Shown here: positions 27,247 through 37,723 of the stretch, piece after piece
Numbering within the stretch: the stretch's first letter is position 1
Layout: each line of letters starts with the position of its first letter
DNA from: Thermoplasmatota archaeon
Lineage (GTDB): Archaea > Thermoplasmatota > E2 > JACPAO01 > JAHFTW01
DNA length: 45,052 bases
Assembly (NCBI GenBank): GCA_041623215.1
Contig: JBFJXH010000002.1
Span: forward strand, 1 to 45,052
Direction of reading: 5' to 3'
Position numbers and translations under genes: made by a program
The notes under the pieces: model-generated
What the model was told of the DNA's origin: nothing
Seen by the model: only the letters and a program-made list of their open reading frames with translations
Databases searched by the model: none

Positions 27247-28590
27247 GTGGACCTCGCCCCGGGCCCCGCCCCGCAGATTTCCGTTGAAGGCTTCGCGGCT
27301 CGCCGCCGGCGCGTCGCAGCTGACTTGCCGGAGGGCGGCTTGTTGGTCGTGGCCACCCATCCAGAGGCGGTGTTCAGCAATGATGTTCATCACCGGTTCC
27401 GGCCCCAATCCGACTTTTGGTATCTGACGGGCTTTCAGGAGCCAGGTGGCATTCTGGCCCTAGAAGCAAGCGGTGAGAGCCACCTATTTCTTCGGCCGCG
27501 TAAACCAGAGGCCGAAGTGTGGGATGGTCGGCGCCTTGGCATTGAACGCGCGGCCGAGGCGCTGGATGTGGATTTTGCTCATGACCGCGACGACTTCTCT
27601 CGTTGGCTGCGCGAGCGCCTAGCCCCTTTGCAGGGAAGCGGGCGTCGGCGCACCGGCAAGGCCGCGTCGCCTCAGGCTACGCCCGTTCTTGCCATCACGG
27701 AGCATGACCCGTGGGTCCATCGCCGCTTGCGAAACGCCTGCGAACCAGCGGATGGTCGGCCACTTCTGGCCAAGCATCGCGTCATCAAAGATGCCCGAGA
27801 AATCAAGCTCATCCAGCGCGCCATTGATGTGTCCGTCGAGGCCCACGAAGCGGCTCGCGAAGTGGTTCGGCCAGGATGCAAAGAATACCAAATCGAAGCC
27901 GCGCTCCTGGCCAGCTTCCGCAGCGCCGGCTCCACGGGTCCGGGCTACCCGCCGATTGTTGGCGCTGGGGATAATGCCAGTATCTTACACTACATCAGCA
28001 ACCAGGACCGGGTTGGCACGTCCCAGACGGTCTTGATTGATGCCGGCTGCGAGTGGGGATACTACAATGCGGACATTACACGCACGTGGGCAAGCAGTCC
28101 CCTATCTGATACGGCAGCGCGCCTTCATGACGTCGTGGTTGAGGCGCAACGCGCGGCTGTTGCAGCCGTAGCTCCAGGGGTGCGCATCCGCGAGGTGCAC
28201 GAGGTAGCGTGCCGGGTCCTGGTGGAGGGGCTACAAGCCGAGGGGGTGTTGGATCCAAGCGAGGACGCATCCACCTTAGTGGCAAGCGGCGCGCACCGGC
28301 CGTACTACATGCACGGCACCAGTCACTACTTGGGCCTCGATGTGCATGATGCCGGTGACTACCGCGATCCAACGGACGGAGGCGGCCACGACGCTGAGCG
28401 TGGACCCAAGAGCCGCCGCCTCGAGCCCGGCATGGTCATCACGGTGGAACCAGGCCTCTACTTCAACCCAGATTTTGCGCCCGCGTCGCCTCGTCAGATG
28501 CGAGGGCTGGGCGTACGTATTGAGGATGATATCTTGGTCACCGAGAGCGGCCGACGAAACCTTTCTCGCGCCTTATCCGTGGACGCTTAG
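27247..28590 (+). CDS. pepP: Xaa-Pro aminopeptidase (M24B, PepP-like)
   Basis: Motifs: FRPQSDFWYLTGFQEP, DAGCEWGYYNADITRTW, HGTSHYLGLDVHD, ITVEPGLY, GVRIEDDILVT. Confidence 0.9.
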   Translation: MDLAPGPAPQISVEGFAARRRRVAADLPEGGLLVVATHPEAVFSNDVHHRFRPQSDFWYLTGFQEPGGILALEASGESHLFLRPRKPEAEVWDGRRLGIERAAEALDVDFAHDRDDFSRWLRERLAPLQGSGRRRTGKAASPQATPVLAITEHDPWVHRRLRNACEPADGRPLLAKHRVIKDAREIKLIQRAIDVSVEAHEAAREVVRPGCKEYQIEAALLASFRSAGSTGPGYPPIVGAGDNASILHYISNQDRVGTSQTVLIDAGCEWGYYNADITRTWASSPLSDTAARLHDVVVEAQRAAVAAVAPGVRIREVHEVACRVLVEGLQAEGVLDPSEDASTLVASGAHRPYYMHGTSHYLGLDVHDAGDYRDPTDGGGHDAERGPKSRRLEPGMVITVEPGLYFNPDFAPASPRQMRGLGVRIEDDILVTESGRRNLSRALSVDA

Positions 28591-28719
28591 CGCTCACCAG
28601 AGGGCTGGATGCCAGGTGTCGGCGCTTGGTCACGTCGAGTGAATCGTTGCAGCCGTTACTTCTTCCTGTTGCGTGAAGGAAGGAACCAAAACCCTAATCC
28701 CTGTGACGGCGACGAAGAC

Positions 28720-30219
28720 ATGATGCGCCGAACGCTGGTAGCGCCGCTGATGGCCCTCATTGCCATCACCTCGCTAGCGACGGCGCTACCGTCGGCCTCG
28801 GCGGCCATCAATGACGAGCATCCCTACCAGGATGTGGTTCCGTTCTCACGGGGCCTTGATGACGTTCAGACCTTCTTGTCCGGTCAAGTGACCGGCACCT
28901 TCCAAGCGGCTGATGCCACGCTGGGCTTCATTGAGTCGCGCGATTTAGCGGTCGTCGGCCTAACACGGGCCTGCTGGCAAGAGCCTGGCCTGGGCAACCG
29001 ATGTGAAGAAGGCGACGAGGTCCGTGTCGAGGTTGCTGATAGCGGCTCCATTGGCATTGCGACCGAGGGCTCTTCCTCGCTTCGCGTGGAAGCGGACCAC
29101 GCCCTCAGCTTGCTGGTCGACTTGGGTAGTCGGCAGGATTTGGGCGGCCTCGATGTGGGGCCTTCCCTCGTCTCCAGTAACATCAATGGGCGTGTCTCGC
29201 AGGTCCGCCTGCCACCGGCGGACGGCATGCCGATTGCCTCGCTGTCCGAGAGCACCACGATACACATCATCGTTGATGACCGTGTAGTCTCGACGCTTGA
29301 GGGCAAACGTGCCGTGATTGTGGATGGCGACCCGCTCATCGGGGCCTTCCGTTCGGCCGTAACAGTCCTTCCGCTGGGCACCGGCTCCCAGGTCTTGTTG
29401 GAACCGGCCGACCCGCAACTCGTCGCCGACGGTTTGGACCCGCTGCGCATGACGCGGCTGATGGAATCTCTCAACTCCGCGTCAGCGGGCGAGCCAAGTG
29501 ACAACGGCGACGTGCAGTTGCCGGATGAGCTTCGAGAGCTGATGGCCGAGGTCTTCGATGGCGCCCTTCTGCGGGTGGACCTAGAGGGCGAGGGCGGCAA
29601 CGACTTACTCTCTGATTTGACGCTGGTTCGCTTTAGCACCCTGCAGATTCGTCCCGACGGAACTGGCAAAGTGCTTGTCCGGGGTCCAAGTCCGCTGCAA
29701 GTGGAGGGCGGTGAAGTGGCGGGCGCCTCAGCAACCCTAGGTGTTGGCTTGATTCAGTTTCCGTGGTGGAGTTGGGTCTTGCTTGCGCTGGGTGTGGCCC
29801 TTTGGGTGGTGGCCCTCACCACGCGTGCGCCCAAGCAAAACGAGCAATGGGACCGCTTCCGCTTCGTCGGCTGGATTAGCGCGCCGCTGGCCCTCATCCT
29901 GGTTTTCATCCTCTGGGACCGCGAGGTGGAGGCGGTGTGGGGAACGAGTCTCATGACCAGCGGTGGCAACGGCGACCTCGTCCTAGCCGGCGGCCTGGTG
30001 ATTCTTCAGTTGGGTTCCCTCATCTATCTCATCCTGGCCGTCGTCTGGCCCCTACAAATGGTGCTTCGTAACGGCCTGCGTCTTGCCCGCCAAGGGACGT
30101 TCATGGGCCTCTATCGGCCCATTGGCATGGTGCTTGGCTTCCTGATTGGTGCACCCCTTTTGCTGGTGTTCCTGGAATTGGTACTTGGTCGGCTTGTGGA
30201 GCAACTTGCCGGCGCGTGA
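28720..30219 (+). CDS. Membrane protein of unknown function, with a signal peptide, an exported domain of about 340 aa and a C-terminal multi-TM domain
   Basis: MMRRTLVAPLMALIAITSLATALPSASA is the signal peptide. The C-terminal third has 4-5 hydrophobic helices (WWSWVLLALGVALWVVAL, ISAPLALILVFILW, LVLAGGLVILQLGSLIYLILAVVW, IGMVLGFLIGAPLLLVFLELVL). Confidence 0.65.
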   Translation: MMRRTLVAPLMALIAITSLATALPSASAAINDEHPYQDVVPFSRGLDDVQTFLSGQVTGTFQAADATLGFIESRDLAVVGLTRACWQEPGLGNRCEEGDEVRVEVADSGSIGIATEGSSSLRVEADHALSLLVDLGSRQDLGGLDVGPSLVSSNINGRVSQVRLPPADGMPIASLSESTTIHIIVDDRVVSTLEGKRAVIVDGDPLIGAFRSAVTVLPLGTGSQVLLEPADPQLVADGLDPLRMTRLMESLNSASAGEPSDNGDVQLPDELRELMAEVFDGALLRVDLEGEGGNDLLSDLTLVRFSTLQIRPDGTGKVLVRGPSPLQVEGGEVAGASATLGVGLIQFPWWSWVLLALGVALWVVALTTRAPKQNEQWDRFRFVGWISAPLALILVFILWDREVEAVWGTSLMTSGGNGDLVLAGGLVILQLGSLIYLILAVVWPLQMVLRNGLRLARQGTFMGLYRPIGMVLGFLIGAPLLLVFLELVLGRLVEQLAGA

Positions 30220-30247
30220 ATCTGCGGCTGCGAGCCACTGGTCTGAT

Positions 30248-33145
30248 GTGCATCCCCAGTTGCGTGGTCTGCTGGAAGCTGATGGCTGGACGGGGCTAAC
30301 TCGCGCGCAAGAAGCTGCCTGGCCAACCATCGCCCGCGGGGCGCATACGCTCTTGGTGGCACCGACGGGCCACGGCAAGACGGAGGCGGCAGTGCTACCC
30401 GTGCTGAATCGCCTCCTTGCGGAGCGTGAGGCGCTAGACGATTGGCCGCTCGGCTTCAAGGTCCTGTACATCACCCCCCTTCGCGCGCTCAACCGAGACT
30501 TGCTTGGCCGCTTGGAGGCCTGGTGCAAGGCGCTGAACTTGCGCGTCGGTGTGCGCCATGGCGACACATCGCAGTCCGAACGGAGTCGGCAATCGCGGCA
30601 GCCACCGGACCTTCTCATTACAACGCCTGAAACCTTGCAACTGCTCCTCTATGGCGATCGGCTCAGGAGCCACCTGGCCACAGTGCGCTTTGTGATTGTT
30701 GACGAAGTGCACGATTTGGCCGCTAGTGAACGGGGAGCCCAGTTGTCCGTGGCCTTGGAACGCCTGGAGGAAGTGATTGCGACCGCTGCGGGGATGCAGG
30801 GCCAAGTGATTCCGGCGAAGGAGCGGGTGTGTCCCGCCTCGCCCTCGGCCCGGCCGGCAGGGGGCTTTGTTCGCATCGGCTTGTCGGCGACCGTGGCTGA
30901 CCCACCGGCGGTGGGCCGTTTCTTGGCGGGCTCCGAACGTCCCGTTGCTATCCCGGTCGTCGAGGCTGCGAAGGATTACCGCATCCAAGTGGTCGCCCCA
31001 GCAGCAACGGCGGCTGATGCCACCACGGCCGGCGACCTAGCCATCGACCCCGATGCAGCGGCAGAACTGCGAACCGTGCGCCATCTGGTCCAGCAGAGCA
31101 CCAGGGCATTGGTCTTCGTCAATACACGTGATGGCGCCGAACTGCTAGTTAGTCGCAGCCATGGACTGGACGATGATGGCTCTGAGGCGCTGCTGGAGTT
31201 GCATCACGGTTCGCTGGACGCTGACCACCGCCGTGACGTTGAGCTTCGCTTCAAGGCCGGCGAGATTCGTGGTTTGGTTGCCACAAGCAGTCTCGAGTTG
31301 GGCATTGACGTTGGGGCCATTGACCACGTTGTGCAACGGCACTCTCCACGAAGCGTTGCACGGCTGGTGCAGCGGCTCGGGCGCGCCGGGCACCGTGTGG
31401 GCGCCACGAGCCATGGGACCTTGGTGGCAGATGGGCCTGAAGACGCCATGGAATGTGCCGCCGTGGCGCGTATGGCAGCGGAGGGGCGGCTGGAAGCCAT
31501 TCGGGGCCGCGAAGCACCGTTGTCCGTGTTAGCGAATCAAATCGTGGCGCTGGCCAATGAATACCAAGATTTGGATCCTGAATGGACACGACAGCTGGTG
31601 GAGCGAGCCGCGCCCTTCGCGGAGCTGGACGCCGCTTTGTTTCACGCCACGTGGGAGGCGCTACTTGATGCAAAGACGCTGTTTCCTTCCGAAAAGTCCG
31701 CCCACCGCCTGGCTCGTGGCGGCCGTGCCCGCCGCCATTTTCTGAATCACGTCAGTCTCATTCCTGATGTCAAGACCTACCGTGTCATTGACGAAGCAAC
31801 CAAGCGCGGCATCGGCTCCGTTGACGATGCCTTTGCGGCGGCCAGCCTTCATCCCGGTGCGGTTTTTGTGATGGCCGGACGGGCCTGGAGGGTGCTTGAA
31901 ATTGAGGCGGATGAAGATGCACGGCGGGTACGCGTTGCTGGTGTGCGGGATGTCGGCGCGGTGCCCCATTGGTCCGGCAGCGATTTGCCGGTAAGCTGGC
32001 AGGTGGCCCAGGAAGTTGCCAAGCTGCGCGGCGCGTTGGCTGCTGATGACCGCCGGGCGCTGGCACATTATCCGCTGGACGACGCAGCTTGGCGCATCGC
32101 CCGGGGGCCCATCGAAGCCCATCTACGCGCTGGCTTGGCGGTCCCGACCGACCGATTAGTTACCATTGAGGAGGGCGGCGGAGGAACGGTGGTGACCGTC
32201 AATGTGGCGCTGGGCACACGGGGCAACGAAGCGCTCGGCCGCGTGACCTCGGCCTTGCTGCATCAACGCCTTGGCGCGCCCGTACCTTGCGACTGGGACG
32301 CGTACCGAATCCACTTTCGCCCGCCGCGGGGAACGCAGCTGGACTTGGTCAATTTGTGGGATGACATTGACCCGGAGGCCCTCGAGGTCCTGGTGGGATA
32401 CTTGCTGCAGCAGGACGGGGCCGCGAAGTCGCACCTGGTCCAAGTGGCCAAACAGTTTGGTGCCCTGCCGGACGACCTAGACCCGAACCGTTTTGGTCGC
32501 GCCAAGGCGCAGGCGCTCATGGCCCAGCAGGCTCTGCAAGAAGAAACACTGGCACGCTTGCTCCATGAACGCCTGGACCTGGAAGCTGTGGCAGACTTTC
32601 TTCGCGCCCGTGAGGCGGGCACCGTTCGCTGTGTTCGTCAAGCCCGCGGTCCCATCAGCACCCTGGCCGAAGAAAGGCGGCGGCGCTACCTGGCTCCGCC
32701 GAGGGCCAACAAGAAACTGCTGCAAGAAGTACGGCGCCGCATTGAGGGAACGGACGCTTGGCTGGTCTGCGTGGCCTGCACACACACATGGCAATCGACC
32801 GTCGGCGACTTGCCGCCCCGGCTCCATTGCCGTCGCTGTGGCAGCAACCAAATCGCCTGCACAGGCCCTTGGGCCAAGCCCCTGCTACCGCTGCTACGCC
32901 CCGGCGGCCTAGACAAGGCGAATGCCGACGAGAAGCGAGAGGCGGCGCGGCTGCGGCGAAACGCAGCCACGGTCAGCGGCTTTGGCCGGACCGCTTGTTT
33001 GGCCCTGGCAGCCCGTGGCATTGGCCCTGATGGTGCTGGCCGCCTGTTGCAAAAGTGCGCCGACCCGGAGTCGGACCAATTTTGGCGCGAACTCTTGGTC
33101 ATGGAGTTGGAGTTTGCCCGGACGAATGCCTTCTGGCGGCGTTGA
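30248..33145 (+). CDS. lhr: Lhr-type superfamily 2 (DEAD/DEAH) ATP-dependent helicase with a C-terminal Zn ribbon
   Basis: Motifs: LVAPTGHGKTEAA, VIVDEVHDL, GLSATV, ATSSLELGIDVG, QRLGRAGHR, plus a long Lhr-like C-terminal region with CVACTH...CRRCGS. The GTG at 30248 avoids overlap with the upstream gene. Confidence 0.88.
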   Translation: MHPQLRGLLEADGWTGLTRAQEAAWPTIARGAHTLLVAPTGHGKTEAAVLPVLNRLLAEREALDDWPLGFKVLYITPLRALNRDLLGRLEAWCKALNLRVGVRHGDTSQSERSRQSRQPPDLLITTPETLQLLLYGDRLRSHLATVRFVIVDEVHDLAASERGAQLSVALERLEEVIATAAGMQGQVIPAKERVCPASPSARPAGGFVRIGLSATVADPPAVGRFLAGSERPVAIPVVEAAKDYRIQVVAPAATAADATTAGDLAIDPDAAAELRTVRHLVQQSTRALVFVNTRDGAELLVSRSHGLDDDGSEALLELHHGSLDADHRRDVELRFKAGEIRGLVATSSLELGIDVGAIDHVVQRHSPRSVARLVQRLGRAGHRVGATSHGTLVADGPEDAMECAAVARMAAEGRLEAIRGREAPLSVLANQIVALANEYQDLDPEWTRQLVERAAPFAELDAALFHATWEALLDAKTLFPSEKSAHRLARGGRARRHFLNHVSLIPDVKTYRVIDEATKRGIGSVDDAFAAASLHPGAVFVMAGRAWRVLEIEADEDARRVRVAGVRDVGAVPHWSGSDLPVSWQVAQEVAKLRGALAADDRRALAHYPLDDAAWRIARGPIEAHLRAGLAVPTDRLVTIEEGGGGTVVTVNVALGTRGNEALGRVTSALLHQRLGAPVPCDWDAYRIHFRPPRGTQLDLVNLWDDIDPEALEVLVGYLLQQDGAAKSHLVQVAKQFGALPDDLDPNRFGRAKAQALMAQQALQEETLARLLHERLDLEAVADFLRAREAGTVRCVRQARGPISTLAEERRRRYLAPPRANKKLLQEVRRRIEGTDAWLVCVACTHTWQSTVGDLPPRLHCRRCGSNQIACTGPWAKPLLPLLRPGGLDKANADEKREAARLRRNAATVSGFGRTACLALAARGIGPDGAGRLLQKCADPESDQFWRELLVMELEFARTNAFWRR

Positions 33146-33192
33146 CCAATTCGTCCCACAACCCTCAAACGGAGAGGACCCAAGCCCGGTCC

Positions 33193-34368
33193 GTGGCCCT
33201 TGGACCATTGCAGGCGTTTGTGGATAGTGACGCGGGCGGCGTCTTCCTGTCATTCCTTCACACCGCTGGCGCCATCCTCTACCTCGGCGGCATCCTTGCC
33301 TATGGCATCTGGCTGTCCAACGCACGTGCTGGCTCCGATGACCGACGCGTCCGCGTCGGCGCCACTGTTGCCGTGTATTTGGCGATCCTCATGAACCTGC
33401 TAGGGGGCATTGGCCGCACCTATCAAACAGGCCACCCCGGTTTGGCTGACGTGGCACATTCGCCGTGGGTCCAGATCATGTTGGTCAAGCATATCGTGCT
33501 GCTGTTTGGCATGTTTGTGGCGGTGTGGCTCTTGGAGCGCCTGGCGCCCCGCATGTTGCGACACATCAAGGGCCGCGGCGACGGGGCCATTAAACAAACG
33601 CATCGCACGGCGCTATGGTTGGTCGTTGTGACCATCTTTGTTTCGGCCGCGCTGGGAGCCGCCAGCACCACGGCCACACTGGACACCCGCCAGAGCAACG
33701 ACGACGATGATGCGGCGGGCCGCGGCGATGACGCGCAGCCGGGCGCGACGCTAGCTCCGGGGGACCGCCATTACGCCTTCTCGGGCAGCTTGACGACGCA
33801 CCCTGCGGCACCCCGGTCGGCCACCGGGACATTTGACGTGTTGACTGGTACCAGCGAGCTAGCTGCTCGGCTTGCCAGCGAATCGCCGACGCCACTCACC
33901 CTTACCCTCATCGACCCGTCGGGCAATGCAACCACGGGCAATGAGCAAAGCGTCCCCGCGCCATTGGCGGGAACCTGGACCTTCGAAGTGGCCGCCGAAG
34001 CCGCCTTCGATGCGGTTTGGGAAGTGACGGTTGACCTTGGCGGGCCCCGCGAGAACCTGCTATCGGGTTCCGTTACCTTGGCGCCCAACTTGTTCTTCGA
34101 AGTCAACACCGACATGGTGACGGACCAGACAATTCATTGGACCTGGCGGACACAAGATGGCTCGGACGTTGACTTCAACTTGCACACGCACGACGATGCG
34201 GGCAATGTGGAATACCCGGTCGAGTTGACTGCGTCGCGGCACGCCGGCAATCACACGGCGACCTACGATGCCGGTTACTCACTCATGTGGACCAATCCCA
34301 ACCCGGTGCCGGTTACCGTGAGCTGGACAGCCTGGGGCGAATACACCTTCCACTCCTACACGCCGTGA
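33193..34368 (+). CDS. Membrane protein with a CopD-like helical N-terminal domain and an extracytoplasmic beta-rich C-terminal domain
   Basis: It has four or five TM helices (FLHTAGAILYLGGILAYGIWL, VAVYLAILMNLLGGI, IMLVKHIVLLFGMFVAVWLL, ALWLVVVTIFVSAALGAA) followed by a soluble domain of about 230 aa. The GTG at 33193 is chosen to clear the lhr 3' end. The family call is tentative. Confidence 0.55.
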   Translation: MALGPLQAFVDSDAGGVFLSFLHTAGAILYLGGILAYGIWLSNARAGSDDRRVRVGATVAVYLAILMNLLGGIGRTYQTGHPGLADVAHSPWVQIMLVKHIVLLFGMFVAVWLLERLAPRMLRHIKGRGDGAIKQTHRTALWLVVVTIFVSAALGAASTTATLDTRQSNDDDDAAGRGDDAQPGATLAPGDRHYAFSGSLTTHPAAPRSATGTFDVLTGTSELAARLASESPTPLTLTLIDPSGNATTGNEQSVPAPLAGTWTFEVAAEAAFDAVWEVTVDLGGPRENLLSGSVTLAPNLFFEVNTDMVTDQTIHWTWRTQDGSDVDFNLHTHDDAGNVEYPVELTASRHAGNHTATYDAGYSLMWTNPNPVPVTVSWTAWGEYTFHSYTP

Positions 34369-35006
34369 AGCTGTAGAATCGCGTCGCGGATGGCGCCAAA
34401 GTTCGCGGGTTGACCCACATCCACTGTGGCCTGGGACGCCACATCCGGCTCGGCAAAGACGGCGACGCCAGCGCCAACCTGCTGCCAGACCTCAGCGTCG
34501 TTGGCGCCGTTTCCGACGTGACAGACGGCGGCGGGTTCAATGCCCCAGGACTGCAGGCGCGTGCGAAGATTGGCCCATTTATCGAACCGGGCATCAATGT
34601 CCACGATCACGCCGTCTTCGGTTGCGACCGGGCTACAAATGGCGGCGTCGAGACCCCAGCGGGCGGCGAAATCGGCAGCCAAGTCTGGCTGGTCGGTGAG
34701 GATTGCTACGTGTCCAATGCCGGCTGCACGTAGGTCCGCCACGCCAGCCTCAATGCCGGGCAGCCAAGGCGCGCGGCCGAGCGCCCGGCTAATGGCCTGG
34801 GGAGATAACCGCGCAACTTCGCCCCACTGCTCCCAGAAGCACGCTTCAAGGCTGATTTGACCACTGAAGAATCGCGCATCGGACTGGGCGACGAAGTCCG
34901 ACTTGCCGTGGGCGCGGAGAATGGCTTCAAAGGCGGTTGTGCCAGGAAGCAGCGTTCCGTCGAGGTCAAGCGTGACGACTTCGAAGGGCGTGTGGGGAGG
35001 GGTCAT
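34356..35006 (-). CDS. HAD-superfamily hydrolase (HAD-IB / phosphoserine-phosphatase-like)
   Basis: Motifs: VVTLDLDGTLL (DxDxT), AILTDQP, GNGANDAEVW. The ATG overlaps the trm5 stop (ATGA). Confidence 0.82.
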   Translation of the reverse strand: MTPPHTPFEVVTLDLDGTLLPGTTAFEAILRAHGKSDFVAQSDARFFSGQISLEACFWEQWGEVARLSPQAISRALGRAPWLPGIEAGVADLRAAGIGHVAILTDQPDLAADFAARWGLDAAICSPVATEDGVIVDIDARFDKWANLRTRLQSWGIEPAAVCHVGNGANDAEVWQQVGAGVAVFAEPDVASQATVDVGQPANFGAIRDAILQLHGV

Positions 35007-36016
35007 GCCGGAGTCCCCCGCCGGAGGTCGAGTGCATAATGCCCCGTTCCCGGAGCGTAGGTGCGTACATGGCGGGCCGTTTCCACGTGCCAGGGACCAT
35101 GGGTGCGCTGGGCCAACTGCTGCACCAACTCGCCTTGGCGAGCTTCCAATTCCCCATCATCCATGATTTCGTGATAATGGAGACGCCCTCCGGCCGCCAC
35201 CAAGGGAGCTGCCGCGTCAACAAACTCCATGGCCCCATGGGGTAGGTTCATGACAACGTGGTCGGCGCTTTTGCCGGAGGCGGCTAGGTCGGCGGCAAAT
35301 ACTCGGGCATCGGCGCACGAGATGGTTGCGGTCACATCGTTGGCGGCTAGATTCTGCTTGGCTAGTTGCACCGCAGCAGGGTTCAGGTCGCACGCGGTCA
35401 CGTGGGCACCGGCTCGGGCGGCTTGTACCACGAGCGGCCCAATGCCGCAAAACAAGTCGATGACCGAAGCACCCGCTGCGAGTTGATTGAGGAGGCGTTG
35501 GCGCTCTGTTGCTAGTCGTGGCGAATAGTACGCCTTGGTTACGTCAATCACTAGCTGCGCGCCGTTTTCGACGACCGTCGTTTCTGCTGTGCCGGTGCCC
35601 GCCAGGCGTTCCAAGTCACGGCAGCGATATTCGCCCTTCACGCCATGGTCGTGGAAGACGGCGCGAGCCGACGTAAACTGGGCCAAAGCATCGCCAACGT
35701 CGGCGCGGCGTTGCCACAGGTCCGGCGGAATCTTGATGATGCAGATGTCGCCCAATTGTTCGAAGGCACGTGGCGCCTGGTCCCGGTCTGCCTCGGACCA
35801 TCCTTCCAGGTAGCCCGTGTAATCCACCGGCCGGACATCGCGAGCCACAAACGCGTAGGTGCCATCGGCGGCTTCCTTGGTGGTGACTGGGAAAACGACG
35901 CGATTGCCGTCGCGTGCCACTGCCAAATCGCGCCGCAAGGATCCTTCGGCAGCCAATCGTCGCCGGACGGCCTCAGCGTCGGCGGCTGGAACGGCGAGGC
36001 CGGGAGCTTCAGGCAC
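35003..36016 (-). CDS. trm5: tRNA (guanine37-N1)-methyltransferase Trm5 / Met-10+ family
   Basis: Motifs: the SAM motif VIDLFCGIGPLVV, ACDLNPAAV, VVMNLPHGA, and the D1-like N-terminus. The GTG at 36016 ((M)PEAPGLAVPAADAEAVRRRL) fits the family N-terminus better than the longest ORF (36172). Confidence 0.85.
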   Translation of the reverse strand: MPEAPGLAVPAADAEAVRRRLAAEGSLRRDLAVARDGNRVVFPVTTKEAADGTYAFVARDVRPVDYTGYLEGWSEADRDQAPRAFEQLGDICIIKIPPDLWQRRADVGDALAQFTSARAVFHDHGVKGEYRCRDLERLAGTGTAETTVVENGAQLVIDVTKAYYSPRLATERQRLLNQLAAGASVIDLFCGIGPLVVQAARAGAHVTACDLNPAAVQLAKQNLAANDVTATISCADARVFAADLAASGKSADHVVMNLPHGAMEFVDAAAPLVAAGGRLHYHEIMDDGELEARQGELVQQLAQRTHGPWHVETARHVRTYAPGTGHYALDLRRGTPA

Positions 36017-36113
36017 GTTGGTGGGCAGGGGGATGCCGGTGATGAAGGCGGCGGGCGGGCGGCAGGGGACCAGAGACGCCAACAACCAAGTGGACGGCGG
36101 CCTTTGGTCTCGC

Positions 36114-36539
36114 GTGGACTTTCGCCTGGCCCTTGCAGCGCTGGCTGCTCCGTTGGTTGCGATGCTTGCCATTTACCCAGCAAGCTTGTTCGGGATGCCG
36201 TCCTTCGATGGCCACATGGCGGGCATTGAATACGTGGCCGTGGCTCTGGTCGCGGGCCCCATTATGGCCGCCGTAGTTCTGGCCGCGCTGGTGGCGGCCG
36301 CAGCGCCCGCGTCATGGCACCCTAGTGCGGCACGTGTCGCCTTCTGGGTGAGCATCACCGCTGCGGCGGGATGGGCAGCGCTTGTGCTGGGGGCCATGTT
36401 TGTGGACTGGGTGGAGGACGGGAGCCTGGGTTGGTATGGGATGTTCATCGCGTTCAATCTCTTTGTTGCAGCAAGCTTTGCGCTGCCGGCCTGGCCAGCC
36501 GCCAGACTTAGACGAGAGGCGGCATCGCAGGCCACGTGA
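36114..36539 (+). CDS. Small polytopic membrane protein; its stop overlaps the dph5 start
   Basis: The hydrophobic helices are LALAALAAPLVAMLAIY, YVAVALVAGPIMAAVVLAALVAAAA, VAFWVSITAAAGWAALVLGAMFV and YGMFIAFNLFVAASFAL. There is a GTGA overlap at 36536-39. The start is either the GTG at 36114 or the ATG at 36162. Confidence 0.5.
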   Translation: MDFRLALAALAAPLVAMLAIYPASLFGMPSFDGHMAGIEYVAVALVAGPIMAAVVLAALVAAAAPASWHPSAARVAFWVSITAAAGWAALVLGAMFVDWVEDGSLGWYGMFIAFNLFVAASFALPAWPAARLRREAASQAT

Positions 36540-37309
36540 CCCTGCACCTAGTGGGCCTTGGCCTGCACGACTGTCGCGATATTACGGTCAAGGGACTGGA
36601 CGAGGTCCGGGCCGCCGACATGGTGGTCGCGGAGTTCTATACCGCCATTTTGGCTGGCACGAATCACGCCGAGCTGGAGGAATTTGTGGGCCGCCCCATC
36701 GAGGTGCTACCTCGGGAAGGCGTTGAAGCAGGCGGGCGGGACCTGGTGACGGCTGCGGCGGATTCCGATGTGGTGCTGCTGACGGCGGGCGACCCGTTGT
36801 CCGCCACGACGCACACGGAATTGGTTCTCCGGGCACGCGAGGCCGGTGTCCCGGTACATGTGGTGCACGCGCCTAGCATCTTCACTGCGGCACCTGGGCT
36901 TCTGGGCTTGCAACATTACAAGTTCGGACGGACCACAACCTTGGTGCGCCCCGAGCCCAACTGGCTACCCACGAGCCCGTTTGACGCCGTGCAGGAAAAT
37001 CATGAGGCGGGGCTGCACACGCTGGTCCTCTTGGACATCAAGGCACATGAAGAATACTTCATGACCGCTAACGAGGGCCTTGAGTTGCTCCTTCGCCTTG
37101 CCAAGGAAACGGGAGCGCACTGGTTCAACGAGGACACCCCAATCGGCATCGTAGCGCGTGCAGGCGCCCGTGAACCATGCGTGGTCACCGGCTCGGTTGC
37201 GGCGCTTCGCGCCGTTGATGTTGGCCCGCCCCTGCATTGCCTGGTGGTTCCGGGTGACTTGCAAGTGGTTGAGGAAGAGGCGTGGGCAAGTCTAGCCGTC
37301 AAGGCCTGA
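36536..37309 (+). CDS. dph5: Diphthine synthase
   Basis: 257 aa. MTLHLVGLGL...DITVKGL...FYT...LLTAGDPLSATTHTELVLRAREAGVPVHVVHAPS follows the tetrapyrrole-methylase-fold Dph5 pattern, an archaeal/eukaryotic marker. Confidence 0.92.
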   Translation: MTLHLVGLGLHDCRDITVKGLDEVRAADMVVAEFYTAILAGTNHAELEEFVGRPIEVLPREGVEAGGRDLVTAAADSDVVLLTAGDPLSATTHTELVLRAREAGVPVHVVHAPSIFTAAPGLLGLQHYKFGRTTTLVRPEPNWLPTSPFDAVQENHEAGLHTLVLLDIKAHEEYFMTANEGLELLLRLAKETGAHWFNEDTPIGIVARAGAREPCVVTGSVAALRAVDVGPPLHCLVVPGDLQVVEEEAWASLAVKA

Positions 37310-37399
37310 CGGCACGAAGGACGGCGTAATCCGACTCGGTGGCCGTGCTTGCATCGCCAGCTCCATTAGGGCGCGCGGACCTCGGCTGCCGTGCGCGGC

Positions 37400-37696
37400 A
37401 TGGTGATTGCAGGACTCGTCGGATTGGCGGTCCTTTTGGCCATGCTGGGTCGGGCGGCGGAGCTTCGGGGGCTGTCGTTTGCGGCGGGCCTTGCCCTGCT
37501 CGCGGTGGTGGTCGTTGTCGTCTGGCCGCGTTTGGCCGGTCGGCCGATGAGTGGATTGTTCCCCGGCGGAGCACCCGGACAAGCGTGGTGTAACGGATGC
37601 GGCACATGGCAGGAAAAGACGAGCCAAATGTGTCCTGCCTGTGGTGAAAAGCGCCCGCCGCGGCGAGTCTGGCGGCCCAAGTCCAAACGCTCATAA
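37400..37696 (+). CDS. Small membrane protein (2 TM helices) with a C-terminal zinc ribbon
   Basis: MVIAGLVGLAVLLAML and LSFAAGLALLAVVVVVVW are followed by CNGCGTWQEKTSQMCPACG and a basic tail. Confidence 0.55.
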   Translation: MVIAGLVGLAVLLAMLGRAAELRGLSFAAGLALLAVVVVVVWPRLAGRPMSGLFPGGAPGQAWCNGCGTWQEKTSQMCPACGEKRPPRRVWRPKSKRS

Positions 37697-37723
37697 CCTC
37701 CTGGCGCCGTTTTCGTCGTGGGG